DNA of 64,000 nucleotides from Thermoplasmata archaeon (GTDB lineage Archaea; Thermoplasmatota; Thermoplasmata; RBG-16-68-12; JAFNFQ01): assembly GCA_041489255.1 (NCBI GenBank), contig JBGPQV010000003.1, positions 1-64,000 of the forward strand, given 5' to 3'. The notes beneath the pieces are model-generated. The model was given only the letters and a program-made list of their open reading frames with translations, did not search any database and had not been told where the DNA came from. Positions 19,168 to 27,998 of this stretch are shown one piece after another (position 1 is the stretch's first letter; every line of letters begins with the position of its first letter). Made by a program: the position numbers and the translations under genes.

Positions 19168-19273
19168 AGCGGGGTGGGGTAGCTAGGAAATCCCGTCGGG
19201 CTCATATCCGACGGACCACCCAGGTCCGAGGTGCGAAACCCGAAGATCGATGGTTCAAATCCATCCCCCGCTA
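19168..19273 (+). tRNA. tRNA-iMet(CAT) with 31-nt intron (19207-19237) at position 37/38
   Basis: A1-U72 pair, TCGGG/CCCGA anticodon stem with three G-C pairs, GGTTCAAATCC T arm, BHB-like junction; TTTAATA box upstream. Confidence 0.93.
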
Positions 19274-19366
19274 TGATTCTCCAATCGCTCCTCTCCGAGG
19301 CCCATCGAATAATCACCTACATACGTTTATATCGATGAGGCAAATCTTATCGTTTACTGAGTCAAA

Positions 19367-20443
19367 ATGGATAGAGTGTCCACTGGCGTAGCAGGGTTGG
19401 ACAAGATGCTCCGGGGCGGCCTCATACCGAGGAGGCCTTATGTCATCTCGGGCGCCTCTGGGACGGGCAAGACGATCCTCGCGATGCAGTTCATCGTCGA
19501 GGGGTTGAAGCGGGGCGAGCCGTGCATGTGGGTGTCGCTCGACGAGCCGCCGAACGAACTAAAGGCAAACATGGCGACGTTCGGCTGGAACCTCGACCAC
19601 CTCAAGATTCTCGACGCCACGCCGGACATCCGGATGCACAAGAGGAAGAGCGTCATCGACGTCGGCACGACCCTCGATGTCCGCGACATGGAGGAGGTAA
19701 AGGGCATCCGGGTGAGCCAGCAGCTGAGGAGCATGGACGTCTCCATACACTCAGTCCAGAAGATGCTCAAGCAGGAGTTCTTCCAGCATCAGGAGAGGAC
19801 GAAGGAGAACTACCAGCGCATGGCAATCGATTCCTTGACCGCCCTCAAGATGTTCTCCCTTGTCGGCGTCGACAGCAGGATCTTGATACAGTCGTTCATG
19901 CGGTTCCTCTCGGAACTGGAGGCGACTTGCATGATCGTCTCGGAGCACCTGGACACTTCGGTCATAGAGACGGAGTTCTTCCTTGCGAGGGGGAAGATGA
20001 GGCTCCACAAATGGCTCGACGGGAGCTCAATCAGACGGGCGATATCAATCGAGAAGATGAGGGGTTCGGGCTTCGACGACAAGATGCGCCCGTTGACGAT
20101 TGGCCCCAACGGCGTCACCGTGGACCCGTCCGGCCGTGTCCCGTTGAACACTACCGTAGTGCATGCTCTGGGCAGCCAATTCCTCAAGACGCGGATAGCA
20201 GAACAGGTAACCGTCTCAATCGAGAAGGCGTTCGAGATGGCTGAGCAGTGCCGCCACCAGGGGCACGACATCTCTCACGTCCAGATGGACCTGACGAGAG
20301 CGATGCTCATGATTCAGATGGGGCATCTCCACGATGCGATGGAGATGGTGGAGAGGGTGCGATTGGGCATGGAGCTGCTGCTCAAGCCGAAGTCCGAGGC
20401 GCCGCTGCCGCCACCGCCGCCTGAGGAGGCCCGAGGGATTTGA
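19367..20443 (+). CDS. KaiC/RAD55-family ATPase with C-terminal helical extension
   Basis: STGVAGLDKMLRGG, GASGTGKT, IDSLT, IEKMRGS. Confidence 0.9.
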   Translation: MDRVSTGVAGLDKMLRGGLIPRRPYVISGASGTGKTILAMQFIVEGLKRGEPCMWVSLDEPPNELKANMATFGWNLDHLKILDATPDIRMHKRKSVIDVGTTLDVRDMEEVKGIRVSQQLRSMDVSIHSVQKMLKQEFFQHQERTKENYQRMAIDSLTALKMFSLVGVDSRILIQSFMRFLSELEATCMIVSEHLDTSVIETEFFLARGKMRLHKWLDGSSIRRAISIEKMRGSGFDDKMRPLTIGPNGVTVDPSGRVPLNTTVVHALGSQFLKTRIAEQVTVSIEKAFEMAEQCRHQGHDISHVQMDLTRAMLMIQMGHLHDAMEMVERVRLGMELLLKPKSEAPLPPPPPEEARGI

Positions 20444-21198
20444 TCACGAATAAGCAGAGCACGGGAATCCGCGGCCTGGACAAGATGCTCCATGGCGGTC
20501 TCGTGCCAGGGCGTGCCTACATCGTCTCCGGACCGCCGGGATCGGGCAAGACGATTCTCAGCTCGCAGTTCCTGGTCGACGGGGTAGAGGGTGGCGAAAG
20601 AGTACTCTTCGTCGCATTGGAGGAGCCGCCAAACGAACTGAAATACAACTTCAGGGTCTTCGGATGGCCCATCGACGGGATCGAGGTCCTCGACGCGAAC
20701 AGCGACATCCGCCGCTTCGAGCCGACCCCCATCCTCGAGATCAGCACCGAGGAGGAGCCTGTCAGGTTCAGCCTGATAAGGGACGAGATCCGCAAGACCC
20801 CCGACGTTGAGAGCCACGAGGTCAGCGTCCACTCGCTCCAGCAATTGCTCAAGAGCCTGTTCATCAAGCGTGGCTACAGCAGAGTCGTGATCGACTCGAT
20901 GACCGCGCTGAGATACTTCTGCATGAAGGACTTCGAGGAGAACATCTCGACGCAGAGCTTCATGCGATTCCTCGCGGAGAGCAAGGTCACCACGTTGCTC
21001 ACGGTCGAGACGACCGAGGCCATGGAGATGGCCCCGGAGGCTTTCCTCGCCAGGGGTGAGATACGTCTCTACAGAGTGAGGGACGAGTCTGGGATCAAGC
21101 GCTTCATCTCCATAGAGAAGTATAAGGGTTCGACCCACGACGAGAGCATCCGCCCGTTCGACATCACCCCCACGGGCATCGTCGTCCACGCGGGCTAG
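20440..21198 (+). CDS. KaiC/RAD55-family ATPase
   Basis: STGIRGLDKMLHGG, GPPGSGKT, LEEP, IDSMT, IEKYKGS; paralogue of the upstream gene. Confidence 0.9.
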   Translation: MITNKQSTGIRGLDKMLHGGLVPGRAYIVSGPPGSGKTILSSQFLVDGVEGGERVLFVALEEPPNELKYNFRVFGWPIDGIEVLDANSDIRRFEPTPILEISTEEEPVRFSLIRDEIRKTPDVESHEVSVHSLQQLLKSLFIKRGYSRVVIDSMTALRYFCMKDFEENISTQSFMRFLAESKVTTLLTVETTEAMEMAPEAFLARGEIRLYRVRDESGIKRFISIEKYKGSTHDESIRPFDITPTGIVVHAG

Positions 21199-21713
21199 CC
21201 GAGCCACGCCTCGAGCGCCCTGTCCACCGCCGCGTCAAGGAAGCTCGGGCGGTATGTGATGAGGAGTTCCGCGACCTTGTCCTTGTCCGGGAGACTGTAG
21301 TTCTTCCTCTGCCTGTCCTCCTGAACCGCCACGATGCCGGCCTCCTCAAGCTTCTTCATGTGGAAAGACAGCGTCGACTTCGAGACCCCGACCTTCTTCC
21401 TGAGGTAGTCGAACCCGCTGGACTCCGCATTAAGGAGAAGGAGCAGAATAGCGCGGGGCTTCGATTGGCGCAGCAACCCCAGAAGGGCCTTATCGCCGGA
21501 GAACTCCTTCTTGCCCGGGAAGTATGTCTTGCGATAACCGTCGGTCGCCGTCAGGATCAGACCTTCCCTCTCCAGGAAATCCAGATGGTGCCGGAGGTCC
21601 CCCAGTCCCATCCTCATATCCCTCTCGAGAGCCCGAAGGTGGAGGCCCGGGTTCCTGAGGATGTGCTGATAGAGCACCCGCCTCTTCTTGAGTTCCAGGG
21701 CTTTTGACGGCAT
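21195..21713 (-). CDS. Tandem winged-helix transcriptional regulator (ArsR/MarR-like)
   Basis: NPGLHLRAL..LRHHLDFLE and VSKSTLSFHMKKL HTH motifs. Confidence 0.85.
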   Translation of the reverse strand: MPSKALELKKRRVLYQHILRNPGLHLRALERDMRMGLGDLRHHLDFLEREGLILTATDGYRKTYFPGKKEFSGDKALLGLLRQSKPRAILLLLLNAESSGFDYLRKKVGVSKSTLSFHMKKLEEAGIVAVQEDRQRKNYSLPDKDKVAELLITYRPSFLDAAVDRALEAWLG

Positions 21714-21726
21714 CCGCCACCGCCAC

Positions 21727-21996
21727 TCAACTCTTCACGGTCCCCGCGTACAGGAAGACGAGCACGAACAGGTTGACGAGCAGCAGCTCCCTGCTCATCG
21801 CGAATGCGGGAAGCGATACCGCACCTGTTTGCGCGATCAGGACAAGTAAGCCTTCAACGAAGAAGAGCGCGAAGCCCGCCGCCAGCAGGATGACCTTCAC
21901 GTTCCTGACGCGGCTGTATGTTATCAGCATCTGCATCAGCAGCAGGAAAGAGAGACCTGTCAGTATAGCGGCTAGGGCTAGGGCGAGGGGGTCCAA
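21727..21996 (-). CDS. Small 3-TM membrane protein
   Basis: TTG start behind GGTGA; three hydrophobic segments; directly upstream of the wHTH gene. Confidence 0.65.
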   Translation of the reverse strand: MDPLALALAAILTGLSFLLLMQMLITYSRVRNVKVILLAAGFALFFVEGLLVLIAQTGAVSLPAFAMSRELLLVNLFVLVFLYAGTVKS

Positions 21997-22133
21997 TGAA
22001 TCACCACAAGGGGATGAGAATGAAGGATATTGAATGCTTCCACCCCGCAATCGCCATTGAGAGTTCGAAAGACGTGCCACTACCAATTTAAATCGAGGAA
22101 AGAGATACGCTCGATAGAGGAAGGTGGGCGAAG

Positions 22134-23297
22134 GTGGGCTATTCCCCATTGAGAAGAGCGGGCGCGGCGGCGAGAACTCTTCCGGTCGCAGCAGTCATTG
22201 CGCTCCTCATCGCGACTTCGCTGCCCGTGACCGGACCGCCTGCGGGCTGGAGGGACAGGGCGCTCACCTACGCCGATTCCGAGCACATGTTCGGTCTGCT
22301 TCACCAGACCGCGACCGGATATGCAGGATCCTTTGTAAGCTTCCAGTTCGATGATGTGACGGTCGACATGACCGACTACATCGTCCTGACTCCGAGTCGG
22401 AGCACGTCGGTCTTCCAGAACATATCGCCGGAAACCGCCGCGGCGGGGGTGTCGAGCATCAATGGCTCGATCTTCAAGTATGTCAGCAGCGCCATGGAAA
22501 TCGTTGTTCATAATAATCCGACATCTGCCCTGAGAATCATGTCGAAAACTGCGACCTTCAACGCGACCTTCACCCTGTCTTCAGGGATCAACGCTAGGAG
22601 GTACGGTCAATCGCTCAACATCAGCTCGCCGGACCTCACTGCCCGTCTCTTCGTGACGGGAGCGGCGACTCTGAGCCTCTCCGGAACAGATGCGACGGCG
22701 AACCTGCCGCAGGGAACGAGCGTGATATTCAGAACGGACGCGATGACTGGAGAGGGCGTGGCGGGCGCAGCGGGGCAACAGCAATTGGGCAACGCGTCGA
22801 TCCAGCACCTCTTGGCCCTTGAGAGCTTCGGGGTCGGCCTCGAGGGTTTCATAGAGATGTCTGACGTTGAATATGGCGGCATGGCCGATCTCGGCGCGAC
22901 CGCCATTGCGGAGGGATTCGAAATCACTCTGCGGGTGAACTCGGCATCGTCCAGACTCTTCGCCTTTCACCTGCACGACAGCATAATCCCCGTGGACAAC
23001 CAGACGCAACTCAGCCTGAAGCTCGATGGTCAAGCCGTCTCCCAGCTCTCAACGCTCGACGAAGTCATGGAGTACAATGGAGGCGGGCCTGTCTGTGCTC
23101 ATGTCCTGGGGTCGAAGGGCTTGCTTCTTCTCATCAGCCTTCCTCTACAGGGCGACCATGTTCTGAGGGTCGAGAAAGTCCTGTCTACGGGGCAACAGGG
23201 CCTCAACCCGATTCAACTAGCCGCAATCGTGGCGGTGGTCCTCGCGCTCCTCGGAATCGCGGCGTCAGTGATGCTCAGGCGGAAGCCGCCGAGATGA
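22134..23297 (+). CDS. Secreted, C-terminally anchored hypothetical protein
   Basis: Signal peptide, IVVHNNPT motif, C-terminal TM plus RRK. Confidence 0.7.
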   Translation: MGYSPLRRAGAAARTLPVAAVIALLIATSLPVTGPPAGWRDRALTYADSEHMFGLLHQTATGYAGSFVSFQFDDVTVDMTDYIVLTPSRSTSVFQNISPETAAAGVSSINGSIFKYVSSAMEIVVHNNPTSALRIMSKTATFNATFTLSSGINARRYGQSLNISSPDLTARLFVTGAATLSLSGTDATANLPQGTSVIFRTDAMTGEGVAGAAGQQQLGNASIQHLLALESFGVGLEGFIEMSDVEYGGMADLGATAIAEGFEITLRVNSASSRLFAFHLHDSIIPVDNQTQLSLKLDGQAVSQLSTLDEVMEYNGGGPVCAHVLGSKGLLLLISLPLQGDHVLRVEKVLSTGQQGLNPIQLAAIVAVVLALLGIAASVMLRRKPPR

Positions 23298-23299
23298 CG

Positions 23300-23351
23300 G
23301 TCTGACCGATTATGAGTTATTGTCAGACAGACGTATGACTAGTTTTATATA
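23300..23351 (+). promoter_or_regulatory. ftsZ promoter with phased GTnnGAC repeats
   Basis: GTCTGAC 23300, GTCAGAC 23322, GTATGAC 23333, then a TTTTATATA box. Confidence 0.45.
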
Positions 23352-23393
23352 CCCCTACTGACATGCACCCAATCAGCAATCCATCGGGATGGG

Positions 23394-24545
23394 ATGGGTA
23401 TGAAATCGCTTGTAAACGAGGCACTGGCTAGGCACGAGGAGTCGAGAGCTAGGGAAGAGGCAGAGGGGACGAAAGAAACGGCCCCGAAGACTGCTGAGGA
23501 CGAGGAAATCCAGAAGATCGTGGACGCACTCAATGTGTCCATAAAGATCATAGGATGTGGCGGTGCTGGTTCGAACACCATAAACCGCTGCAGCGAGGCG
23601 GGGGTAATGGGTGCGCAGCTGTGCGCCCTGAACACTGACGCCAAGCATCTCCTGTCGATTCACTCGCCCAAGAAAATACTGATCGGGAAGCGTCTGACGA
23701 AGGGGCTGGGCGCGGGCGCGCTGCCCGAGGTCGGGGAGCAGGCGGCTCACGAGAGCGAGGAGGAGATCCGGACAATCGTGAGGGACTCGCACATCGTCTT
23801 CGTCACCGCTGGAATGGGCGGCGGGACCGGAACGGGGACGGCGCAGTACGTCGCCAGGCTCGCGAAGGAGGCGGGATCTCTGGTGATGGGCGTCGTCACG
23901 ATGCCGTTCAAGTCGGAGGGCAAGATACGCATGGAGAACGCCGAGGCCGGCCTCGACAAGCTGCGCCGCTTCTGCGACACCACCATCGTCATCTACAACG
24001 ACAAGCTCCTCGAGCTCGTCCCGAGACTCCCGATCGATGCCGCTTTCAAGGTCGCCGACGAGATTCTGATGCAGTGCATCAAGGGCATGACCGAGATAAT
24101 CACCAAGCCCGGTCTGGTGAACCTGGACTACGCCGACCTCATGACCATCATGAAGGGCGGCGGCGTCGCGATGATAGGCATAGGCGAGAGCGACGAGGAC
24201 AGGGACAGGATCGATTACGCCCTCAACGAGGCTCTTGAGTCCCCGCTGTTGGGCGAGGTCGACCTGAGCCACGCCCGCGGCTGCCTCATCAGAGTGGTCG
24301 GAGGAACCGACCTCACCATATCAGAGGCAGAGAAGGCTGCGGAGCTCGTCGGAGAGAAGATCAACCCGTCAGCCAGGATCATTTGGGGCTGCTCGCTCGA
24401 GCCGGAACTCGAGAAGACGGTCCGCGTGCTCCTTGTGATAACCGGAGTGAAGAGTAAGTCCTTCCTGGGGAAGGAGACCTCCTCCGCGTCGCGCGTCGTC
24501 AGTTCGGCGCCGTCGTCGGAAGAGGATATGGATGTAGTACGCTGA
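23394..24545 (+). CDS. ftsZ: Cell division protein FtsZ
   Basis: [28 protein letters not shown]. Confidence 0.97.
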   Translation: MGMKSLVNEALARHEESRAREEAEGTKETAPKTAEDEEIQKIVDALNVSIKIIGCGGAGSNTINRCSEAGVMGAQLCALNTDAKHLLSIHSPKKILIGKRLTKGLGAGALPEVGEQAAHESEEEIRTIVRDSHIVFVTAGMGGGTGTGTAQYVARLAKEAGSLVMGVVTMPFKSEGKIRMENAEAGLDKLRRFCDTTIVIYNDKLLELVPRLPIDAAFKVADEILMQCIKGMTEIITKPGLVNLDYADLMTIMKGGGVAMIGIGESDEDRDRIDYALNEALESPLLGEVDLSHARGCLIRVVGGTDLTISEAEKAAELVGEKINPSARIIWGCSLEPELEKTVRVLLVITGVKSKSFLGKETSSASRVVSSAPSSEEDMDVVR

Positions 24546-24597
24546 ACCATCTATCCCCTCTCCCCCTCTTTTTTTATATCCCCCACGTTACCGTCTC

Positions 24598-24891
24598 GTG
24601 GCTGAGCGAAGGCGACCAAGGTTCAGATACGTGGTCTTCCGCATCGAGTCGGAGATATCCTTCACCGAGCCGGGAGTGGCGGATGCCCTCGCCGCGGCCT
24701 TCGCGGGAAGAGTCCCGAGACTCGTTGTATTCCGCAATAACTCGGGGATAGTCCGTTGCCTCAATACGACGAAGGATGAGACGATTCGAGTGCTCAACGC
24801 GATGCGCGCGATCGGCAGAAGACAGGTCGTCGTCCGCACTCTCGGAACATCGGGCACGATTCGGAAGGCGCGAGAGAAATATCTATCCTAA
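24598..24891 (+). CDS. rnp2: RNase P protein Pop5/Rpp14
   Basis: RYVVFRI, GIVRC, TLGTSGTIRKA; precedes psmA. Confidence 0.85.
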   Translation: MAERRRPRFRYVVFRIESEISFTEPGVADALAAAFAGRVPRLVVFRNNSGIVRCLNTTKDETIRVLNAMRAIGRRQVVVRTLGTSGTIRKAREKYLS

Positions 24892-24960
24892 ATCTGTGTG
24901 TTCTTCCACATAACGCATAGTTTATATCGGGGACTTCTCTTCTAAGTGGGGAGGACATAC

Positions 24961-25683
24961 ATGCAGCCAGGACAAATGGCCTATGACAGAGCTATCACGG
25001 TCTTCTCTCCGGACGGACGGCTGTTCCAAGTCGAGTACGCGAGGGTCGCCGTCACGCGCGGGAACACCACCGCCGGCCTGAAATTCAAGAATGGGATCGT
25101 GCTCATGGCAGACAAGAAAATCAGCTCGCGCCTCGTCGAGACCTCGAGCATTGAGAAGATTTTCCAGATTGATGAGCACATCGGCTGCGCGACGTCGGGC
25201 CTCGTCGCCGACGCACGCGTTCTTGTCGACTACGCCAGACTTGTGGCCCAGATTAACAAGGTCACGTACAGCGAGAAGATCAGCGTCGACATGCTCGTGA
25301 AGAAGATCTGCGACTACAAGCAGAACTACACGCAGTACGGCGGCGTGAGGCCGTTCGGCACCGCGCTGCTCGTTGCGGGAGTCGACGATCTGGGCGTCCA
25401 TCTTTTCGAGACCGATCCGTCCGGCGCGCTCGTCAGCTACAAGGCGGGCAGCATCGGCGCGGGGAGGAACACCGTCATGGAGCTCTTCGAAGAGAAGTAC
25501 AAGGACGCCATGGGCATGGACGAGGCGATACTCCTTGGCCTCGAGGCCCTCCAGAAGTCTTCGGAGGAGAAGATGGACGCCAAGACCATCGAGGTCAGCG
25601 TGGTCATGGAAGGGGAGAAGTTCAGGCGGCTGACGGAGCAGGAGATACAGTCCTACATCGGGAGGCTCCCTGGCGCCTCTTAG
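24961..25683 (+). CDS. psmA: Proteasome alpha subunit
   Basis: [27 protein letters not shown]. Confidence 0.97.
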   Translation: MQPGQMAYDRAITVFSPDGRLFQVEYARVAVTRGNTTAGLKFKNGIVLMADKKISSRLVETSSIEKIFQIDEHIGCATSGLVADARVLVDYARLVAQINKVTYSEKISVDMLVKKICDYKQNYTQYGGVRPFGTALLVAGVDDLGVHLFETDPSGALVSYKAGSIGAGRNTVMELFEEKYKDAMGMDEAILLGLEALQKSSEEKMDAKTIEVSVVMEGEKFRRLTEQEIQSYIGRLPGAS

Positions 25684-25691
25684 GCGGTGCC

Positions 25692-26420
25692 ATGCCGAAG
25701 GAGCTGAGGTCAGACCGAAATGACGACCTGTTCAAGGAGTACGTTATCGCCCGCATCGAGAAAATGGGCGAGAAATTCGAGGTCATAGTGAAACCGGACG
25801 CCGTCCAGAGTCTCAGGGAAGGCAAGAACGTAGACATCCTCTCGAACATCGCGATTGACCAAATATTCCGGGACGCCCACAAGGGGTCGAGGGCGTCCGA
25901 GGAGAAGATGATGGAGTTCTTCGGGACGACCGACCCCATAGAGGTCGCCCGCAAGCTGATCATCGAGGGCGAGATCCATCTCACGACCGATCAGCGCCGT
26001 GATTTGCTGGAGGCGAAGAGGAAGCAGATCATCACGTACATAGCCACCAATGCAATCAACCCGCAGACCGGCGGACCCCATCCGCCGCAACGCATCGAGA
26101 TCGCCATGGAGGAGGCCAAGGTCCATATCGACCCCTTCAAGTCGGTGGAGGACCAAGTGAAGACTGTGCTCGATGGCCTTCGCCCGCTGATTCCGATCAG
26201 GTTCGAAAAGGTCAGGATCGCTGTGAAGCTCACCGGGGAGTTCAGCGCGAAGTGCTATGGCGACATCAAGAGCTTCGGCAGGATAGTCCAAGAGGAGTGG
26301 CAGCCCAACGGCACGTGGATCGGGGTGGTCGAGATACCCGGCGGCATGCAGACAGATTTCCTTGACCGGCTGTCGCAGAAGACGAAGGGCAACGTCGAGA
26401 CTAAATTGCTGAAGGGATAG
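25692..26420 (+). CDS. Ribosome maturation factor SBDS/Sdo1
   Basis: [29 protein letters not shown]. Confidence 0.95.
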   Translation: MPKELRSDRNDDLFKEYVIARIEKMGEKFEVIVKPDAVQSLREGKNVDILSNIAIDQIFRDAHKGSRASEEKMMEFFGTTDPIEVARKLIIEGEIHLTTDQRRDLLEAKRKQIITYIATNAINPQTGGPHPPQRIEIAMEEAKVHIDPFKSVEDQVKTVLDGLRPLIPIRFEKVRIAVKLTGEFSAKCYGDIKSFGRIVQEEWQPNGTWIGVVEIPGGMQTDFLDRLSQKTKGNVETKLLKG

Positions 26421-26546
26421 GCGATGTTCGTGCGCTCGACAAGGTCATCGATGAAGCACTCCGCCAGTCCTTTAGACCAGACCGACAATTATATAGGAAA
26501 GGCTTGTATCAACGAAATTATAGGCAGCCTACCGAGGTGTTAGTCT

Positions 26547-27998
26547 ACGCCTGGCGGGGAGAAACGTCTTTGTCCAGTTTGCGACTCTGAGATCGAGCCA
26601 GGTGAGAGGAAGTGCCATCACTGCAACACCGACCTCCGTCTTTTCGAAATAGACAAGGACAGCAATGTGGACATCGGCAAGCTCAGCGCTCAGAGCGACA
26701 AGAACATCGACGAACTGCTCGCATCAATAGCAGAAGGCAAGGACGTCAAGCCTGACATTTTCGAGGACATCAAGAACATCTCCAGGAACGGCGAGTCCGC
26801 AGCGGCGGAGGAGGAGACCGCCGAGCCGACGGAATTCGAGTGCCCCGTTTGCGGAGCCCGCGTCGAACCGGACGCCACTCAGTGCCCCGGTTGTGGAGCG
26901 CAGTTCGCGGATGAGGCGCCCGCCGAGAAGTTTGAATGTCCCCTGTGCAGCGCACAGGTCGACGCGAATGCGACGAGGTGCCCGAGCTGCGGTGTCGAGT
27001 TCGAGGAGGAAGCACAAGAGGCCCAACCTGAACCGGCACCCGCGGCCCGCGCGCCCAGTGCGGCGAGGCGAGCGGCCGAGGAGGAGGTCGAAAGGGCCCT
27101 GGAAACGGTGACGGCGAGACCACCAGCTCGCCCTGCGGGCGCGCCCGGACCCTATGTTTCGGTCACAGGCCTCAGGCAGCGGGTCGAGGCATTGGCGGCG
27201 AAGGAGTTCCCGATCGAGAGTCTGGAAGGCGTCGACAAGAAGACTCTCTACAGGGAGCTCCCGAGAATCGTCAATGAAGTCAAGCCGTTACTCCTGTCCG
27301 CCAAGAAGATCGGAGTGAGCATAGAAGACAGCAAGCATCTCATCAACGATGCCATCGCGTTCGGAAAGAAAAAGGAGATGGAAAAGGCAGTGCGGCTGGT
27401 GAGTCAAGCGAAAGCTTCCTTGGAAAAGGCGTTCACCGTCGAGCTGGCGAACCAGATTGAATCGCTCATGGCGGAGGTCGAGAAGGCGAAGGCGTCGGGA
27501 AGCACAGTGGATCCAATAGAGACCCAGATTGCCGAGGCAGTCACATACCTCGAGGCCGCCAGATACAGCGATGTCAGCAACAGGATAGCCGAGGCGAAGA
27601 ACGAGTTCAGCGCGAGGGCAGGCGGATACTACAGGGCGAAGGAGGCGATACAGGCGGCGCAAGACCTCATCGAGGACAGCATCTTGGTGGGGGTCGAGGC
27701 GGGCGAGGCGAATCGGGCGATAGCGCGTGCCAACGATGCCTTGCAGAGGAGGAAGTGGGAGCAGTCGGAGCTCGAGGCTGGGAGGGCGAGGGACATCATC
27801 TTGAAGCAGCTCCCCAAGCACCTTGACAAGGAGATGAAGAAGGCGAGGGACATGCTCCTCGAGATGAAGGTGGGAGGCGGCGACCTCACAAAGCCGATCG
27901 GAATCCTCAAGCAGGCCAGTATACACTTAAAGCGCGAGGAGTACGCGGACGCCGTGCACTATGTGAAACTCTTCAGGGAAGAAGTCAAGTCGCCTTAG
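26547..27998 (+). CDS. Multi zinc-ribbon plus helical/coiled-coil protein
   Basis: Three double-CxxC ribbons; the first (CPVC..CHHC, from 26571) lies upstream of the predicted GTG 26667; the best in-frame start is ACG 26547 behind GAGGTG. Confidence 0.75.
   Translation, partial: TPGGEKRLCPVCDSEIEPGERKCHHCNTDLRLFEIDKDSNVDIGKLSAQSDKNIDELLASIAEGKDVKPDIFEDIKNISRNGESAAAEEETAEPTEFECPVCGARVEPDATQCPGCGAQFADEAPAEKFECPLCSAQVDANATRCPSCGVEFEEEAQEAQPEPAPAARAPSAARRAAEEEVERALETVTARPPARPAGAPGPYVSVTGLRQRVEALAAKEFPIESLEGVDKKTLYRELPRIVNEVKPLLLSAKKIGVSIEDSKHLINDAIAFGKKKEMEKAVRLVSQAKASLEKAFTVELANQIESLMAEVEKAKASGSTVDPIETQIAEAVTYLEAARYSDVSNRIAEAKNEFSARAGGYYRAKEAIQAAQDLIEDSILVGVEAGEANRAIARANDALQRRKWEQSELEAGRARDIILKQLPKHLDKEMKKARDMLLEMKVGGGDLTKPIGILKQASIHLKREEYADAVHYVKLFREEVKSP

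Noticed and set aside
24598-26420. Absence of exosome genes after rnp2-psmA-SBDS as a sign of exosome loss
   Set aside because: The superoperon is often split; this cannot be judged from one window.
26541-26543. Pyrrolysine read-through of the TAG upstream of the zinc-ribbon gene
   Set aside because: No nearby upstream in-frame start, and TAG is the ordinary stop of psmA, SBDS and all five suf genes.
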